Shown: positions 20,153-30,718, counted from the stretch's first letter. The stretch: DNA of 64,000 nucleotides from Sandaracinaceae bacterium (GCA_044220955.1 JBGAQA010000032.1:1-64000); one strand, 5' to 3'. Numbers and translations are program-made. The notes: a model not told the origin generated them from the letters alone.

Positions 20153-21710
20153 CCTCGAACCGAGGCTGGGAGAACGGCGGGAACGTCGCGCCGCGCACGG
20201 CCCGCGCGATGCACGATCCGACGGGCGTTCCGGCGAACGTGCCGTTGACGGTCGCGGTGGTGATGCGGCCGCTGCTCGCGATCACGATGTCGACGTCGGC
20301 CAGGCCGTGGGCTCCTGCGGCGCAGGCGGTCACCGCGTCCGTGCGGGCGGCGAGCACGGCCTGGATCGTCGCGCGATCCGGCGTCGCGGGCACCGGGCCC
20401 TCGGGCTCGGCCTCCGCGACATGCGGGGACGCCGGCTCCGGCGCCGTCGCGGTGCGTGCGCTGGTCACGGGGGCTGCGGTGGGCGCCGGCGCGGGGGTGG
20501 TGCTGGGCGTCGCGCGGGCTCGGCCGGACGACGCTGCCGCCCCGAGCAGATCGTCGCCGCTCGCCGTCGCCGCCCCGCTGCCCGCCATCCGCATCGGGCG
20601 CGCACCCCGGGCGGGCGAAGGGTCGGCCAGGCCCGCGGCGGTGGCCGGGGGCGCGATCGTGTCGGCCTGGCGGGCCTCCGCGAGGATCTCCTCTTCCGCG
20701 TGGGCGCGATCGGGCAGGTCGACGGGCGCTGCGGTCGCGGGGGGCGCGACCGCGACGACGGGGGCGAGCGCGGTCGGCGGGGGCGGTGCGCTGGGCAGCG
20801 ACGCGGGCGAGCTCGGCGTCGCCGCGGGCGAGATGGCTCCGCTGGTGACCAGCGTCGAGCCATGCGCGCTCTCGGCGGCCGGTGCGCGCTGACCTTCGAA
20901 GAGGGTGGCCGCGCCGAACACGCCGAGTCCGACCGCCGCCGCGGCCGCGAACCACCAGAACGTCGCCGCGGGCCGGCGCTCCTCGGGCGTCGGGAGCTGC
21001 ACCACGGGGGTGAGCGAGGGCGCACCGAGGGCCGGCTTCGGCGTCGGGATCGAGACGCGATCGCCCGACTCGACCGGGGCCAGGCTCGAGCGCTCGCCAG
21101 GCTTCTTCGCCTTCTTCTTCTTGGGCTTGCCGGGATCGGACTTCAGGCTGCGCTCGAGCTCGGCGGCGCTCCGTGGCTCGCCGCTCGCGCCAGCCGCCGA
21201 CTCCTCGACGACCGCGGCGGGCCTCGCCTTGGCCAAGGGGACCCGCGCGATCGCCGCGGGCGCCGGCGGCGGGGGCAGCTCGGGGATCGGAATGCCCGGG
21301 TCCGACACGAGCGCGATCGAAGGGTCGGACAGCATCGGGATGGACGGGTCGGACACCAGCTCGATCGCCGAGTCGCTCACGGCCGGGAACTCGCCGGACT
21401 GGAGCAAGCTCGCGGTCGCGTCGCGCAGGGCGTCGTCATCGTCGAACGTCGGCAGCGCCGTGGGGTCCGAGGCCGTCGGGAGCGGGTCGCCGAGGCGCTG
21501 CTCGATGCGGCTGGCGAGCGCCTCGAACGCCGCGTCATCGGGCTCCGGCAGCGGCCAGGTCGCGAGCCACTTGCCGACGCGCGTGAGATCCTTGGCGTAC
21601 TTCGCCGCGTCCGCGTCCGCACGGAGCTCCGTCTGCAGCGCGGGGTCGCCCGCGAGCCCATCGGGCGCGTCGAGCGCCGCGGAGATCCGACGCATGAGCT
21701 CTTCCTTCAT
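20130..21710 (-). CDS. Putative anti-sigma / bitopic protein with a C-terminal AgmX/PglI (TonB-C-like) domain
   Basis: Start MKEELMRRISAALD overlaps the sigma stop (ATGA); single TM; low-complexity stalk; C-terminus SGRI....V.G...GTPVGSCIARAVRGATFPPF....V.YPF. Confidence 0.65.
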   Translation of the reverse strand: MKEELMRRISAALDAPDGLAGDPALQTELRADADAAKYAKDLTRVGKWLATWPLPEPDDAAFEALASRIEQRLGDPLPTASDPTALPTFDDDDALRDATASLLQSGEFPAVSDSAIELVSDPSIPMLSDPSIALVSDPGIPIPELPPPPAPAAIARVPLAKARPAAVVEESAAGASGEPRSAAELERSLKSDPGKPKKKKAKKPGERSSLAPVESGDRVSIPTPKPALGAPSLTPVVQLPTPEERRPAATFWWFAAAAAVGLGVFGAATLFEGQRAPAAESAHGSTLVTSGAISPAATPSSPASLPSAPPPPTALAPVVAVAPPATAAPVDLPDRAHAEEEILAEARQADTIAPPATAAGLADPSPARGARPMRMAGSGAATASGDDLLGAAASSGRARATPSTTPAPAPTAAPVTSARTATAPEPASPHVAEAEPEGPVPATPDRATIQAVLAARTDAVTACAAGAHGLADVDIVIASSGRITTATVNGTFAGTPVGSCIARAVRGATFPPFSQPRFEVTYPFHL

Positions 21711-22408
21711 GAGCCCGTGCCTCCCTTCCCATCGGTCGCGGGGATCTTGGCGGGCAGCGGCACCTTCGTCGCCGTCGGCGAGCCCGGTCCGATCATCGTC
21801 TTGTTGCCGAGGGCCGGCGCGCGGAGCGACGCTCCCTTCTCGTCCTCGAGGAAGTCGCCGAGCTTCTCGCGCAGGCGGCGGCGCGACTCGTGCACGCGCC
21901 AGGCGATCGTGCCCTCGCTGCAACCGAGGGCATCGGCCGCCTCCTTCTGTGGGACGCCGTCGATCAGCACCATGATCACCGTCGCGCGCAGCGAGGGCGA
22001 GAGCTCGTCGAGCGCCTTGCCCAGCTTGCCGTAGAGCTCCCGCGCGCTCGCGACGTGCCGGGGATCGTTCGCGCCCTGCGTCGGATCGGCCGCGGGCTCG
22101 GGGACGCGCGGATCCTGGATGTCGGCCGCGTCCACGCGTCGCCGCCGGCGCAGCGTGTTGAGCGAGACGTTGATGCAGATGCGATACAGCCAGGTCGAGA
22201 GCTCGGCTCGTCCGTCGAACCGATCGATGGCCCGGAACGCGCGCAAGAACGTCTCCTGCACGGCGTCCTCGGCCTCGCCCCGATCGGCGAGCATGTGGAT
22301 CGCGCACGCGTACACGCGACGCTGGTGTGCCCGGATCAGATGGCCGAACGCGGCGCGGTCCCCCGCCTTCGCGCGCTCGATGAGATCCGCTTCCTTGGCG
22401 TCGGGCAT
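21707..22408 (-). CDS. ECF (sigma-70 group 4) RNA polymerase sigma factor
   Basis: Start re-picked at MPDAKEAD; AEDAVQETFLRAF, STWLYRICIN, EAADALGCSEGTIAWR. Confidence 0.92.
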   Translation of the reverse strand: MPDAKEADLIERAKAGDRAAFGHLIRAHQRRVYACAIHMLADRGEAEDAVQETFLRAFRAIDRFDGRAELSTWLYRICINVSLNTLRRRRRVDAADIQDPRVPEPAADPTQGANDPRHVASARELYGKLGKALDELSPSLRATVIMVLIDGVPQKEAADALGCSEGTIAWRVHESRRRLREKLGDFLEDEKGASLRAPALGNKTMIGPGSPTATKVPLPAKIPATDGKGGTGS

Positions 22409-22742
22409 TCGTCGCGCTCGCACCGGTCGACTGAGCACGCGAGCGACGCGACGTCCCCCGATCGATCGAGCGAGCGGCATCGTAGGCGATCGATCCTGGC
22501 TGCACAACTGAACGAACATGGTGCGTGGGGGCGGTCTCGCCGCACGCGGACGGACCCGGCCGCGGGCACGATCGCTCGTGCCGCAGGCCGGATCGGGCCG
22601 CGCGCGGCTCCTCTCCGCCCGTTCAAACCCGGGGCGGGTGTGCGCCTTGGGGGCGGGGGCGTTCCACCGATATCTCGGCCAGGCGCCCGGCGCGTTGTAT
22701 GGTCTGAGGGTGGCGGCGTCGGACCGGCGATCGGATCAGCGA

Positions 22743-23108
22743 ATGGCCATCGAGCTGAGCGTCGAATACAAGCGGATGAACGCGTTCTTCGCGGACTACA
22801 CGAAGAACATCAGCCGTGGAGGCACGTTCATCCGGACCGACAAGCCGCTCGAGATCGGCACCGAGTTCGTCTTCAAGCTGAGCGTGCCCGGGCTCGAGGT
22901 ACCCCTCGCTCTCAAGGGCCGCGTGCAGTGGATCGTGACGCCGCCGGAGGCGACGGCCGAGCAAGAGGCGGGGATGGGGATCGGCTTCGTCTACGAGTCC
23001 GAGTCGGACCGCGCCAAGACGATGGCGATCGTCGAGAAGCTCATGGTCGGCAGCCTCGGGCCCGTCATCTACGACAAGCTGCTGCACAAGAAGAAGCGCG
23101 ACGAGTAG
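22743..23108 (+). CDS. Myxobacterial PilZ-domain protein (TIGR02266-like)
   Basis: YTKNISRGGTFIRT..PL..G...G.V.W...GMGIGF; start could be a few codons upstream (VAASDRRSDQR contains RxxxR). Confidence 0.85.
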   Translation: MAIELSVEYKRMNAFFADYTKNISRGGTFIRTDKPLEIGTEFVFKLSVPGLEVPLALKGRVQWIVTPPEATAEQEAGMGIGFVYESESDRAKTMAIVEKLMVGSLGPVIYDKLLHKKKRDE

Positions 23109-23118
23109 GTGGTCTTGG

Positions 23119-24273
<1,155 letters not shown>

Positions 24274-24327
24274 CTAGATAGCGGATCAACCAGAGCGGAT
24301 CAAGGCTGGGTCCCGAATGAGGTGACT

Positions 24328-24351
24328 TGACCAGGGTCATGCCCCTGGTCA
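24328..24351. promoter_or_regulatory. Palindromic operator upstream of the toxin-antitoxin operon
   Basis: TGACCAGGG-TCATGC-CCCTGGTCA, a 9-bp perfect inverted repeat ending 10 bp before the antitoxin ATG. Confidence 0.65.
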
Positions 24352-24361
24352 CGCTGGTGGA

Positions 24362-24592
24362 ATGCCCACCGTCTCGAAGAGCGCGCTGAAGGCGAAGATG
24401 CTCGAGTACCTCCGCGAGGTGGAGCGGACGGGCGAGGAGCTGATCGTCACCGACAACCAGCGGCCGGTCCTGAAGATCGTGCCGATCCAGAAGAAGCGGA
24501 CGGCCGCCGAGATCTTCGCCGATGTCCGCGGCAAGGTCGTCTACCACGAGGACATCATGACCCCCACGACCGACGAGTGGGACGAGCCGTGA
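24362..24592 (+). CDS. Type II antitoxin, Phd/YefM family
   Basis: 76 aa; VSKSALKAKMLEYLREVERTGEELIVTDNQRPVLKIVP Phd-like N-terminus; acidic tail. Confidence 0.88.
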   Translation: MPTVSKSALKAKMLEYLREVERTGEELIVTDNQRPVLKIVPIQKKRTAAEIFADVRGKVVYHEDIMTPTTDEWDEP

Positions 24593-24978
24593 TCGTGCTC
24601 GACACGCACGCGCTGCTCTGGTGGTCGCTCGATCCGCAGTACCTGTCGCGCAAGGCCGCCGCGATGTGCGAGCAGCTCGAGAGCGACGGGGGCTTCGCCA
24701 GCGCCATCTCGATCTGGGAGCTCGCGGTGAAGGTGCGAGCCAAGAAGCTCGAGCTCCCGATCACCGTCGGCGAGCTCGCCCTGCAGATCGAGCGCAACGG
24801 ACGCCTGCAGCTCGTCCCGACCGACGCCGCGATCTGGCACCGCGCGGCCGAGCTCGACTGGGAGCACCGCGACCCGGCCGACCGCGTGATCGTGGCGACG
24901 GCGCAGCTGCGAGGCCTGCCGATCCTCACGAAGGACAGCGCGATGCACTCGCAGAAGCTCGTCGAGTGCGTGTGGTGA
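24589..24978 (+). CDS. vapC: Type II toxin, VapC/PIN-domain ribonuclease
   Basis: IVLDTHALLW, SAISIWEL, HRDPADR.IVATA, LTKD; GTG overlaps the antitoxin stop. Confidence 0.92.
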   Translation: MIVLDTHALLWWSLDPQYLSRKAAAMCEQLESDGGFASAISIWELAVKVRAKKLELPITVGELALQIERNGRLQLVPTDAAIWHRAAELDWEHRDPADRVIVATAQLRGLPILTKDSAMHSQKLVECVW

Positions 24979-24981
24979 GCG

Positions 24982-25746
24982 TCAGACGCCGGGGGCGAGC
25001 AGCGCGAGCGCCATCTCGAGGCTCGGCGGGCTCTCCGGGATCTCGGCGTGTACGCGCTCGACGTTCGGAAGGCGCAGGCGCAGCGGCGTCGGGTCCTTGA
25101 GCGCGTGATCGATCGCGGCGCGCATCTGCTTGCGGGCCTCGTGGATGCGCCACGCGATGGTGCCCTCGGTGGTGTCGAGGACGACCGCGGCCTCCGGGTA
25201 GCTCAGGCCCTGCATCATCGTCAGCGCGATCGTCGTCTTGAGCAGCGGCGAGAGCCGGTCGAACGCACGCACGAGGTGCGTGTACGTCTCGCGCAGCTCG
25301 AGCGCGCGCTGCGGGTTGCCGCCCGAGTCGACCGCGATGGCGACGGTGACGCGCGGGTCGTCGAGGTCGGTCGTGCGGCGGCGCTTGTTGTCGCGCCGCA
25401 CGTTGAGCGCGCGGTTCAGGGCGATGCGGTAGAGCCAGGTGAAGAACTCGCTCCGACCCTCGAAGCGGTGGATGTTCTTGAAGGCGCGCACGAACGCGTC
25501 CTGCGTGATGTCGTCGGCATCGCTCGGGGAGCCGGTCATGTGCAGCGCGAGCGCGAAGATGCGGTGGCGGTAGCGCTTCACCAGCGCGTCGAAGGCCCGC
25601 GGGTCGCCTCTTCGGGCCGCATCGACCAGGGCCTCGGCCTCGATCGCGCGTGCCTCGACGCCCTCCGCAGGAGTCGGGCGTGCCCCGTTCGGGACGGGCG
25701 GCGGGACGGCACCCGGAGCCCGGGGCGGCGGCGGACGTACGGCCAT
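24982..25746 (-). CDS. ECF sigma factor (paralogue of 21707-22408)
   Basis: ADDITQDAFVRAF, FFTWLYRIALN, EAAVVLDTTEGTIAWRIHEAR. Confidence 0.92.
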   Translation of the reverse strand: MAVRPPPPRAPGAVPPPVPNGARPTPAEGVEARAIEAEALVDAARRGDPRAFDALVKRYRHRIFALALHMTGSPSDADDITQDAFVRAFKNIHRFEGRSEFFTWLYRIALNRALNVRRDNKRRRTTDLDDPRVTVAIAVDSGGNPQRALELRETYTHLVRAFDRLSPLLKTTIALTMMQGLSYPEAAVVLDTTEGTIAWRIHEARKQMRAAIDHALKDPTPLRLRLPNVERVHAEIPESPPSLEMALALLAPGV

Positions 25747-25874
25747 GAACGCTTCTTGGAACCTCGGGTGTGGGGGGGATTGGGTCGTTCGGAGAGGTAG
25801 ACGCGCGACGGGACGCTCAGGTTCTCAGATCCCGCAGGAAATCGACAAGGACCCGGCGGCGGCCGGGACGTCCT

Positions 25875-26066
25875 TCACCGACGTGTCCCGGACATCGGAC
25901 ACTCGCCCACGCAGTACGTCAGTCCGGTCGTGATCACGTCGTCGCCGCGATCGACGAAGAGGCCGCCCCGCGAGTCGAACCAGCGCGCGCGGCGCGCCCA
26001 CGGTGGCCCGGCCGGGCTCGCGGCGGAGCAGCCGGCGAGGGCGAGGCAGATCGCGCCGAGCCGCAT
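25875..26066 (-). CDS. Small 63-aa lipoprotein, possibly a gene remnant; not separately called in the ORF track
   Basis: AAGGAGG directly before ATG; MRLGAICLALAGC lipobox; ends ...YCVGECPMSGTRR*. Confidence 0.5.
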   Translation of the reverse strand: MRLGAICLALAGCSAASPAGPPWARRARWFDSRGGLFVDRGDDVITTGLTYCVGECPMSGTRR

Positions 26067-26219
26067 GCCTCCTTGTAACGCAGGCGGCGCGCTCGCGTTA
26101 CCGGACACTCGATCCGCCACCTCCGCCGCCACTGGCGGCGGGACACGCCGGCGAGGGACCAAGAAACGCCGGCATCCTGGCGAGCGGGCGCTGGCATGGG
26201 CCGCGCATCGGGCCGGCGC

Positions 26220-27527
26220 ATGACCCGCACCTCGTGGCTCCTGGCCCTCGCGCTCGCCTCGCTGGCCCCTCGCCTGGCCCTCGCGCAGCGCTGCGAGGTC
26301 CCGCGCGTGCTCCTCACGGTCGACCGCAGCTCGAGCATGCTCGGCGACGCGGGCGGGCTGACGAAGTGGGACGCGGCGACCGTCGCCATCTCGGACGTGA
26401 CGATGGCCTACGAGGGCCGCATCGACTTCGGCCTGCAGGTCTTTCCGTACCCCGATCGCTGTCAGCCGGGCGAGGTGATGCTCGACTTCGGCGCGCATGC
26501 CTCGACGGACGTGGTGGACGCGCTCGGCGGGCCACCGCCGTCGGCGGGCAACTGGACCCCGATGTCGCAGACGCTCGACGCGGCGGGGGCGTACCTCGGA
26601 CCCGACGCCGCGGGCGCGCACCTCGTCCTCGTGACCGACGGCTGGCAGTGGTGCTCGCCGTACTCGGCGACGACGCGCTTCGATCCGGTCACCGCGGTGA
26701 TGAACCTGCGCGCGATGGGCGTGACGGTTCACGTCGTCGGCTTCGGCTCGGAGGTGGACGCGCTCACCCTGAACCGCGCCGCCGTCGCCGGCGGGGCGCC
26801 GCTCGCCGGATGCGACCCCACGCTCACCGACCCGGCGGCGGTCGGGCACTGCTATGCGCAGGTCGGCGACCTGACGGGCCTGCGCGCCGCCCTCGAGGGC
26901 ATCGCCCGCAGCGTCACGAGCGAGACCTGCAACGGCCTCGACGACGACTGCGACGGGAACGTCGACGAGGGCTTCGACCTGGACGCGGACGGCACGACCT
27001 CCTGCGCCGGCGACTGCGACGACGCGAGCGCGCGCGCTCACCCGGGCGCCGTCGAGACCTGCGATGGCGTCGACGACGACTGCGACGGGGAGATCGACCC
27101 CGGCTGCTACTGCACCGACGGCGACAGCGTCGTCTGCGGCTCGACCGTCGGCGTGTGTCGGCAGGGCACGAGCACCTGCGCGGGCGGCCGGTTCGGGAAC
27201 TGCGAGGGCAACGTCGAGGCAGGCCCGGAGTCCTGCGACGGGACCGACCAGGACTGCGACGGCATCGTCGACGAGGAGGCTCGCTGCGCCGAGGGGTCGG
27301 TCTGCCTCGACGGAGCGTGCACCGAGATCATGCCCGTCACGCCCCCGACGCCGCTCGCGCCGGCCGCGGACGACACGCACGTGGAGGACGGCGGCGACGG
27401 GGAGAGCGAGCTGCCGCACCCGGAGCGCGGCGGCTGCGGCTGCCGCGCGCAGGGGAGCGCGCCCGTTCCACCCGCACTGCTCGCCCTCGGCCTCGCGCTC
27501 GCGATCGCGGCCCGCCGCCGCCGCTGA
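26220..27527 (+). CDS. Secreted vWA-domain protein with MopE-like Cys/Asp metal-binding repeats and a MYXO-CTERM-like tail
   Basis: MIDAS DRSSSM...TP...VTDG; repeats ETCNGLDDDCDG, ETCDGVDDDCDG, ESCDGTDQDCDG; GGCGC + TM + RRRR. Confidence 0.88.
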   Translation: MTRTSWLLALALASLAPRLALAQRCEVPRVLLTVDRSSSMLGDAGGLTKWDAATVAISDVTMAYEGRIDFGLQVFPYPDRCQPGEVMLDFGAHASTDVVDALGGPPPSAGNWTPMSQTLDAAGAYLGPDAAGAHLVLVTDGWQWCSPYSATTRFDPVTAVMNLRAMGVTVHVVGFGSEVDALTLNRAAVAGGAPLAGCDPTLTDPAAVGHCYAQVGDLTGLRAALEGIARSVTSETCNGLDDDCDGNVDEGFDLDADGTTSCAGDCDDASARAHPGAVETCDGVDDDCDGEIDPGCYCTDGDSVVCGSTVGVCRQGTSTCAGGRFGNCEGNVEAGPESCDGTDQDCDGIVDEEARCAEGSVCLDGACTEIMPVTPPTPLAPAADDTHVEDGGDGESELPHPERGGCGCRAQGSAPVPPALLALGLALAIAARRRR

Positions 27528-27573
27528 AGGCAGGTTGCGGAGCGCCCGCTGCGCAGCATGATCGGCGGGGACC

Positions 27574-28200
27574 ATGTTCGCGCGGCTCTTCCTGCTCTTC
27601 TCGATCGTCCCGTTCGTCGAGCTCTTCTTGCTGCTCACGATCGGGCGCGAGATCGGCGTGCTCCCGACCGTGGCGATGATCATCCTCACCGCGGTGATCG
27701 GCGCGGCGCTCGCGAAGCGCGAGGGCCTGCGCGTGTACGCACAGTGGCAGCGCGCGATCACCGAGATGCGCGTCCCGGAGGAGGGGATCACCTCGGGGCT
27801 GCTCGTGCTCGTCGGAGGTGCGCTCCTGATCGCGCCGGGCGTGCTCACGGACATCGTGGGCATCCTGCTGATGATCGCGCCGTTCCGGCGGGTGGTCGCA
27901 CGCGTCATCGAGGCGCGCGTGCGCCGACACGTCGAGGCAGCGAGGGCGACCCCGAGCGGCGACCGCGAGCCCTCCGGGCCCTTCGGCGCGCAGCAGGTGT
28001 TCCGGTTCCGCGTCGCGCGCGGGCCGAGCGTCGCGTTCGACGCGCGTGCGCGCCAGCATCCGCTCCGTGGGGAGCGCGTCGGGCCGCGCCCACTTTCGGT
28101 GGTCGAGACCGACGGAGTGGTGATCGAGGAGCGGCGCCCCGACACCGATCCCAAGGCGCCCGAGCGTCCGGTGGACATCGAAGCCGAGATCGTCGAGTGA
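27574..28200 (+). CDS. fxsA: FxsA family membrane protein
   Basis: LF..VP.VEL..L...G..IG..PT......TA..G; GG.LLI.PG.LTD..G. Confidence 0.9.
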   Translation: MFARLFLLFSIVPFVELFLLLTIGREIGVLPTVAMIILTAVIGAALAKREGLRVYAQWQRAITEMRVPEEGITSGLLVLVGGALLIAPGVLTDIVGILLMIAPFRRVVARVIEARVRRHVEAARATPSGDREPSGPFGAQQVFRFRVARGPSVAFDARARQHPLRGERVGPRPLSVVETDGVVIEERRPDTDPKAPERPVDIEAEIVE

Positions 28201-29087
28201 GCGCAGCCGTGCCGGTCGTGCTCGTCCACGGTGGCGCGGGCGACGTGCCCGACGACGCACGCGCTGCGCATGCCGAGGGGTGCCGCGCCGCGGCGGAGCG
28301 CGGGCTCGAGGTGCTGGTCGCGACCGGCTCGGCGATCGAGGCGGCGGTCGCGGCGGTCCGTGTGCTCGAGGACGATCCTCGCTTCAACGCGGGGACGGGC
28401 GCCTGCCTGACGAGCGCGGGCACCCTCGAGCTGGACGCATCGATCATGGAGGGCACGGCGCTGCGCGCCGGCGCGGTGGCGGTGCTGCCTCCCTTTCGCG
28501 ACCCGATCGCGATCGCCCGTGCGGTGATGGACGACGCACGGCACGTCTTCTACGTCGCCGACGGCGCGCGCGCGTTCGCGCTCGCGCACGGCTTCGCCCC
28601 GGCCGATCCCTCGGAGATGATCACGGATGCCGCTCGCGCGCGCCTCGCGTCGTTCCGCGAGGGCAAGGTCGGCGGCGGCTGGGCCGGTGGCACCGTCGGG
28701 GCCGTGGCGTGCGACGCGCAGGGCCGCGTGGCGGCCGCGACGAGCACCGGCGGGATGGTCGGCAAGCACCCCGGGCGCGTGGGGGACTCCCCCGTGCTCG
28801 GCGCCGGCACGTACGCCGACGATCGAGCGGGCGCCGCGAGCGCGACGGGCGACGGCGAGGCCGCGCTTCGTCTGGGGCTCACCCGCTACGCGATCGAGCG
28901 CATGCGCGCGGGCGCGCGCGCGCAGGACGCGGCGGACGAGGCGATCGCGGCGTTCGGAGCGCGGGTCGGCGGAAAGGGCGGGATCATCCTCGTCTCGCCG
29001 CGGGGCGACGCCGGCTGGGCGCGCAACACGCAGACGATGAGCTACGGCCTCGCGCGGGTGGGTGCGCCGAGCCGCTCGGGCCACTGA
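28197..29087 (+). CDS. Isoaspartyl peptidase / L-asparaginase (Ntn hydrolase)
   Basis: VHGGAG, LEDDPRFNAG, ELDASIM.G, GTVGAVA, AATSTGG, GRVGDSP..GAG.YA, TGDGE. Confidence 0.95.
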   Translation: MSAAVPVVLVHGGAGDVPDDARAAHAEGCRAAAERGLEVLVATGSAIEAAVAAVRVLEDDPRFNAGTGACLTSAGTLELDASIMEGTALRAGAVAVLPPFRDPIAIARAVMDDARHVFYVADGARAFALAHGFAPADPSEMITDAARARLASFREGKVGGGWAGGTVGAVACDAQGRVAAATSTGGMVGKHPGRVGDSPVLGAGTYADDRAGAASATGDGEAALRLGLTRYAIERMRAGARAQDAADEAIAAFGARVGGKGGIILVSPRGDAGWARNTQTMSYGLARVGAPSRSGH

Positions 29088-29159
29088 CGAGCCGTCAGCA
29101 GGACCGCGTCGGCTCGCCGCCCGGGGCCCATCGCAGCGCGCGCCGTGCTCGCTGGCCTC

Positions 29160-29801
29160 TCAGGGGAACGTGCAGGTGCAGATGCCGTCGCCGAGGTTGT
29201 GGTTGCAGTTCTGCGCGCCGCCGGCCGACATGCAGTGGTTGCCCGGGTTGTTGTCGATCTCGGCCGAGCAGGTGTGGCCGGTTCGCGCGCAGACGTCGTC
29301 GCAGCTCGTGCCGCTGCCCAGCTGCAGATAGAACGTGCAGCTGGCCGCGGTGCTCGAGCAGAGCTGGTAGTTCGTCGACGTCGCCTGGAACACGGAGTCG
29401 CAGGTCGGTGGTGTGTAGGCGTCGGGCGGGACGAACGCGTCGGGCGGGACGAACGCGTCGGGCGGGACGAACGCGTCGGGCGGGGTGAACGCGTCGGGCG
29501 GGACGAACGCGTCGGTGGGCGGGGTGAACGCGTCGGTGGGCGGGGTGAACGCGTCGGTGGGCGAGGTGAACGCGTCGACGCCGGGAACGAACGCGTCGAG
29601 CCGCGGCGTGAACGCGTCGATGCCCGGCGCGAACGCGTCGGGGCCGCCGTCGCGCGGGCCGACGTCCATCGAGCCGACGCCCGTGTCCGCGGGGCCTGCC
29701 CCCGCGTCTGCCGCCGGCTGGATCGTGGCCGTGGGCAGCGCGCACCCGCAGACACCGGTCATCATCGCGACGGCGAAGCTCGGACCACGGAGCCCCTGCA
29801 T
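29160..29801 (-). CDS. Lipoprotein with a DAF(T/V)PP tandem-repeat stalk and a small Cys-rich C-terminal domain
   Basis: Start re-picked at MQGLRG...VCGC; about 11 DAF units plus one DAY; C-terminus with 10 Cys. Confidence 0.7.
   Translation of the reverse strand: MQGLRGPSFAVAMMTGVCGCALPTATIQPAADAGAGPADTGVGSMDVGPRDGGPDAFAPGIDAFTPRLDAFVPGVDAFTSPTDAFTPPTDAFTPPTDAFVPPDAFTPPDAFVPPDAFVPPDAFVPPDAYTPPTCDSVFQATSTNYQLCSSTAASCTFYLQLGSGTSCDDVCARTGHTCSAEIDNNPGNHCMSAGGAQNCNHNLGDGICTCTFP
29414..29643. repeat. Coding minisatellite of 18/21-bp units containing GAACGCGTCG
   Basis: GTCGGGCGGGACGAACGC repeated, grading into GTCGGTGGGCGGGGTGAACGC units. Confidence 0.9.
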
Positions 29802-29848
29802 CGGGTCACGATAACGCGTTCGACGGCCGAGGTCGACGCGTCGAGCGA

Positions 29849-30718
29849 TCAGGTCCGGCGCAGGTAGAGCGCCCAGTAGCCGACCCAAGGTCCGTACGAG
29901 GCGGCGACCGCGCGTAGCTCGCGCTCGCTCCGAGCTCCGTAGACGCGCCGCGCGGCGGCCACGATGGGGCCGCTCCGCTCGGCGAGCCGCTCCATGCGCC
30001 CCAGGCCGCGGAAGAGGATGAACGCCGCGGACCAGGGGCCGATGCGCGGCAGGCCCTCGAGCCGCGCGAGCGCGTCGTCGTAGCGCTCGGCGTGGAGCGC
30101 CCGGACGACCTGGGCGTCGCCGAGGGCGCGCGCTGCCGCCGCGATCGCGTGGGCCTCCGCGTCGGTGCGGACGAGCGGGCGGAGCGTGCGCGGGTCGACC
30201 AGCTCCTCCGGCTCCGGGAAGGCGCGATGGGTCCCTCCGTCGACCACGATCGACGGGCCGAGCGCGCGCACGATCTCGCTCTTCACCGGCCGCGCCGCAC
30301 GCATGTTGCGCTGCGCGAGGATCGCCCAGGTCGCGATCTCGGCGAGCGAGGCGAACTTCACGTGGTGGTGACCGCGCCAGCGCCGCGCCAGGGGCGCGAA
30401 CGCCTGGTCGGCGCGCGCGCGGGCGTCGAAGAGCGCGAGGTCGTCGTCGAGGCTCAGCTGGAAACGGACCCGGTCGACCACCCGGTCGCGCTCCGCCTCC
30501 GAGAGCGGGCGCTCGCTCGTCAGCGCGCAAGCGAGCCCGGCCTCCGTCTCGGTCACCCGGGCGAGCACCGCGCGGCTCCCCAGCGCGTAGGCCTTGGTGA
30601 GCGAGCGCGGAGCGATCGTCTGCTCACCCGCGCTCGGCGGGAACGAGCCGAGGAACGAGAGCGAGTGGTCGAACGCGAAGGGCTGGGCGGCGGCCAGCGC
30701 GACCGTCGTGGTGTGCAT
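29849..30718 (-). CDS. DNA-3-methyladenine glycosylase II (AlkA-like, HhH-GPD)
   Basis: AlkA N-terminal-like region; WAILAQ; AFPEPE; L.GLPRIGPWSA. Confidence 0.8.
   Translation of the reverse strand: MHTTTVALAAAQPFAFDHSLSFLGSFPPSAGEQTIAPRSLTKAYALGSRAVLARVTETEAGLACALTSERPLSEAERDRVVDRVRFQLSLDDDLALFDARARADQAFAPLARRWRGHHHVKFASLAEIATWAILAQRNMRAARPVKSEIVRALGPSIVVDGGTHRAFPEPEELVDPRTLRPLVRTDAEAHAIAAAARALGDAQVVRALHAERYDDALARLEGLPRIGPWSAAFILFRGLGRMERLAERSGPIVAAARRVYGARSERELRAVAASYGPWVGYWALYLRRT

Noticed and set aside
25875..29084. 1069-aa minus-strand ORF and other long Arg/Ala-rich ORFs (e.g. 4276-7131, 10406-12610, 13465-15894, 30594-32825, 61607-63988)
   Set aside because: These are shadow frames of real high-GC genes on the opposite strand or in another frame, with no recognisable motifs.
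29414..29643. Possible CRISPR array
   Set aside because: Units are contiguous 18/21-bp in-frame coding repeats with no unique spacers and no cas genes.
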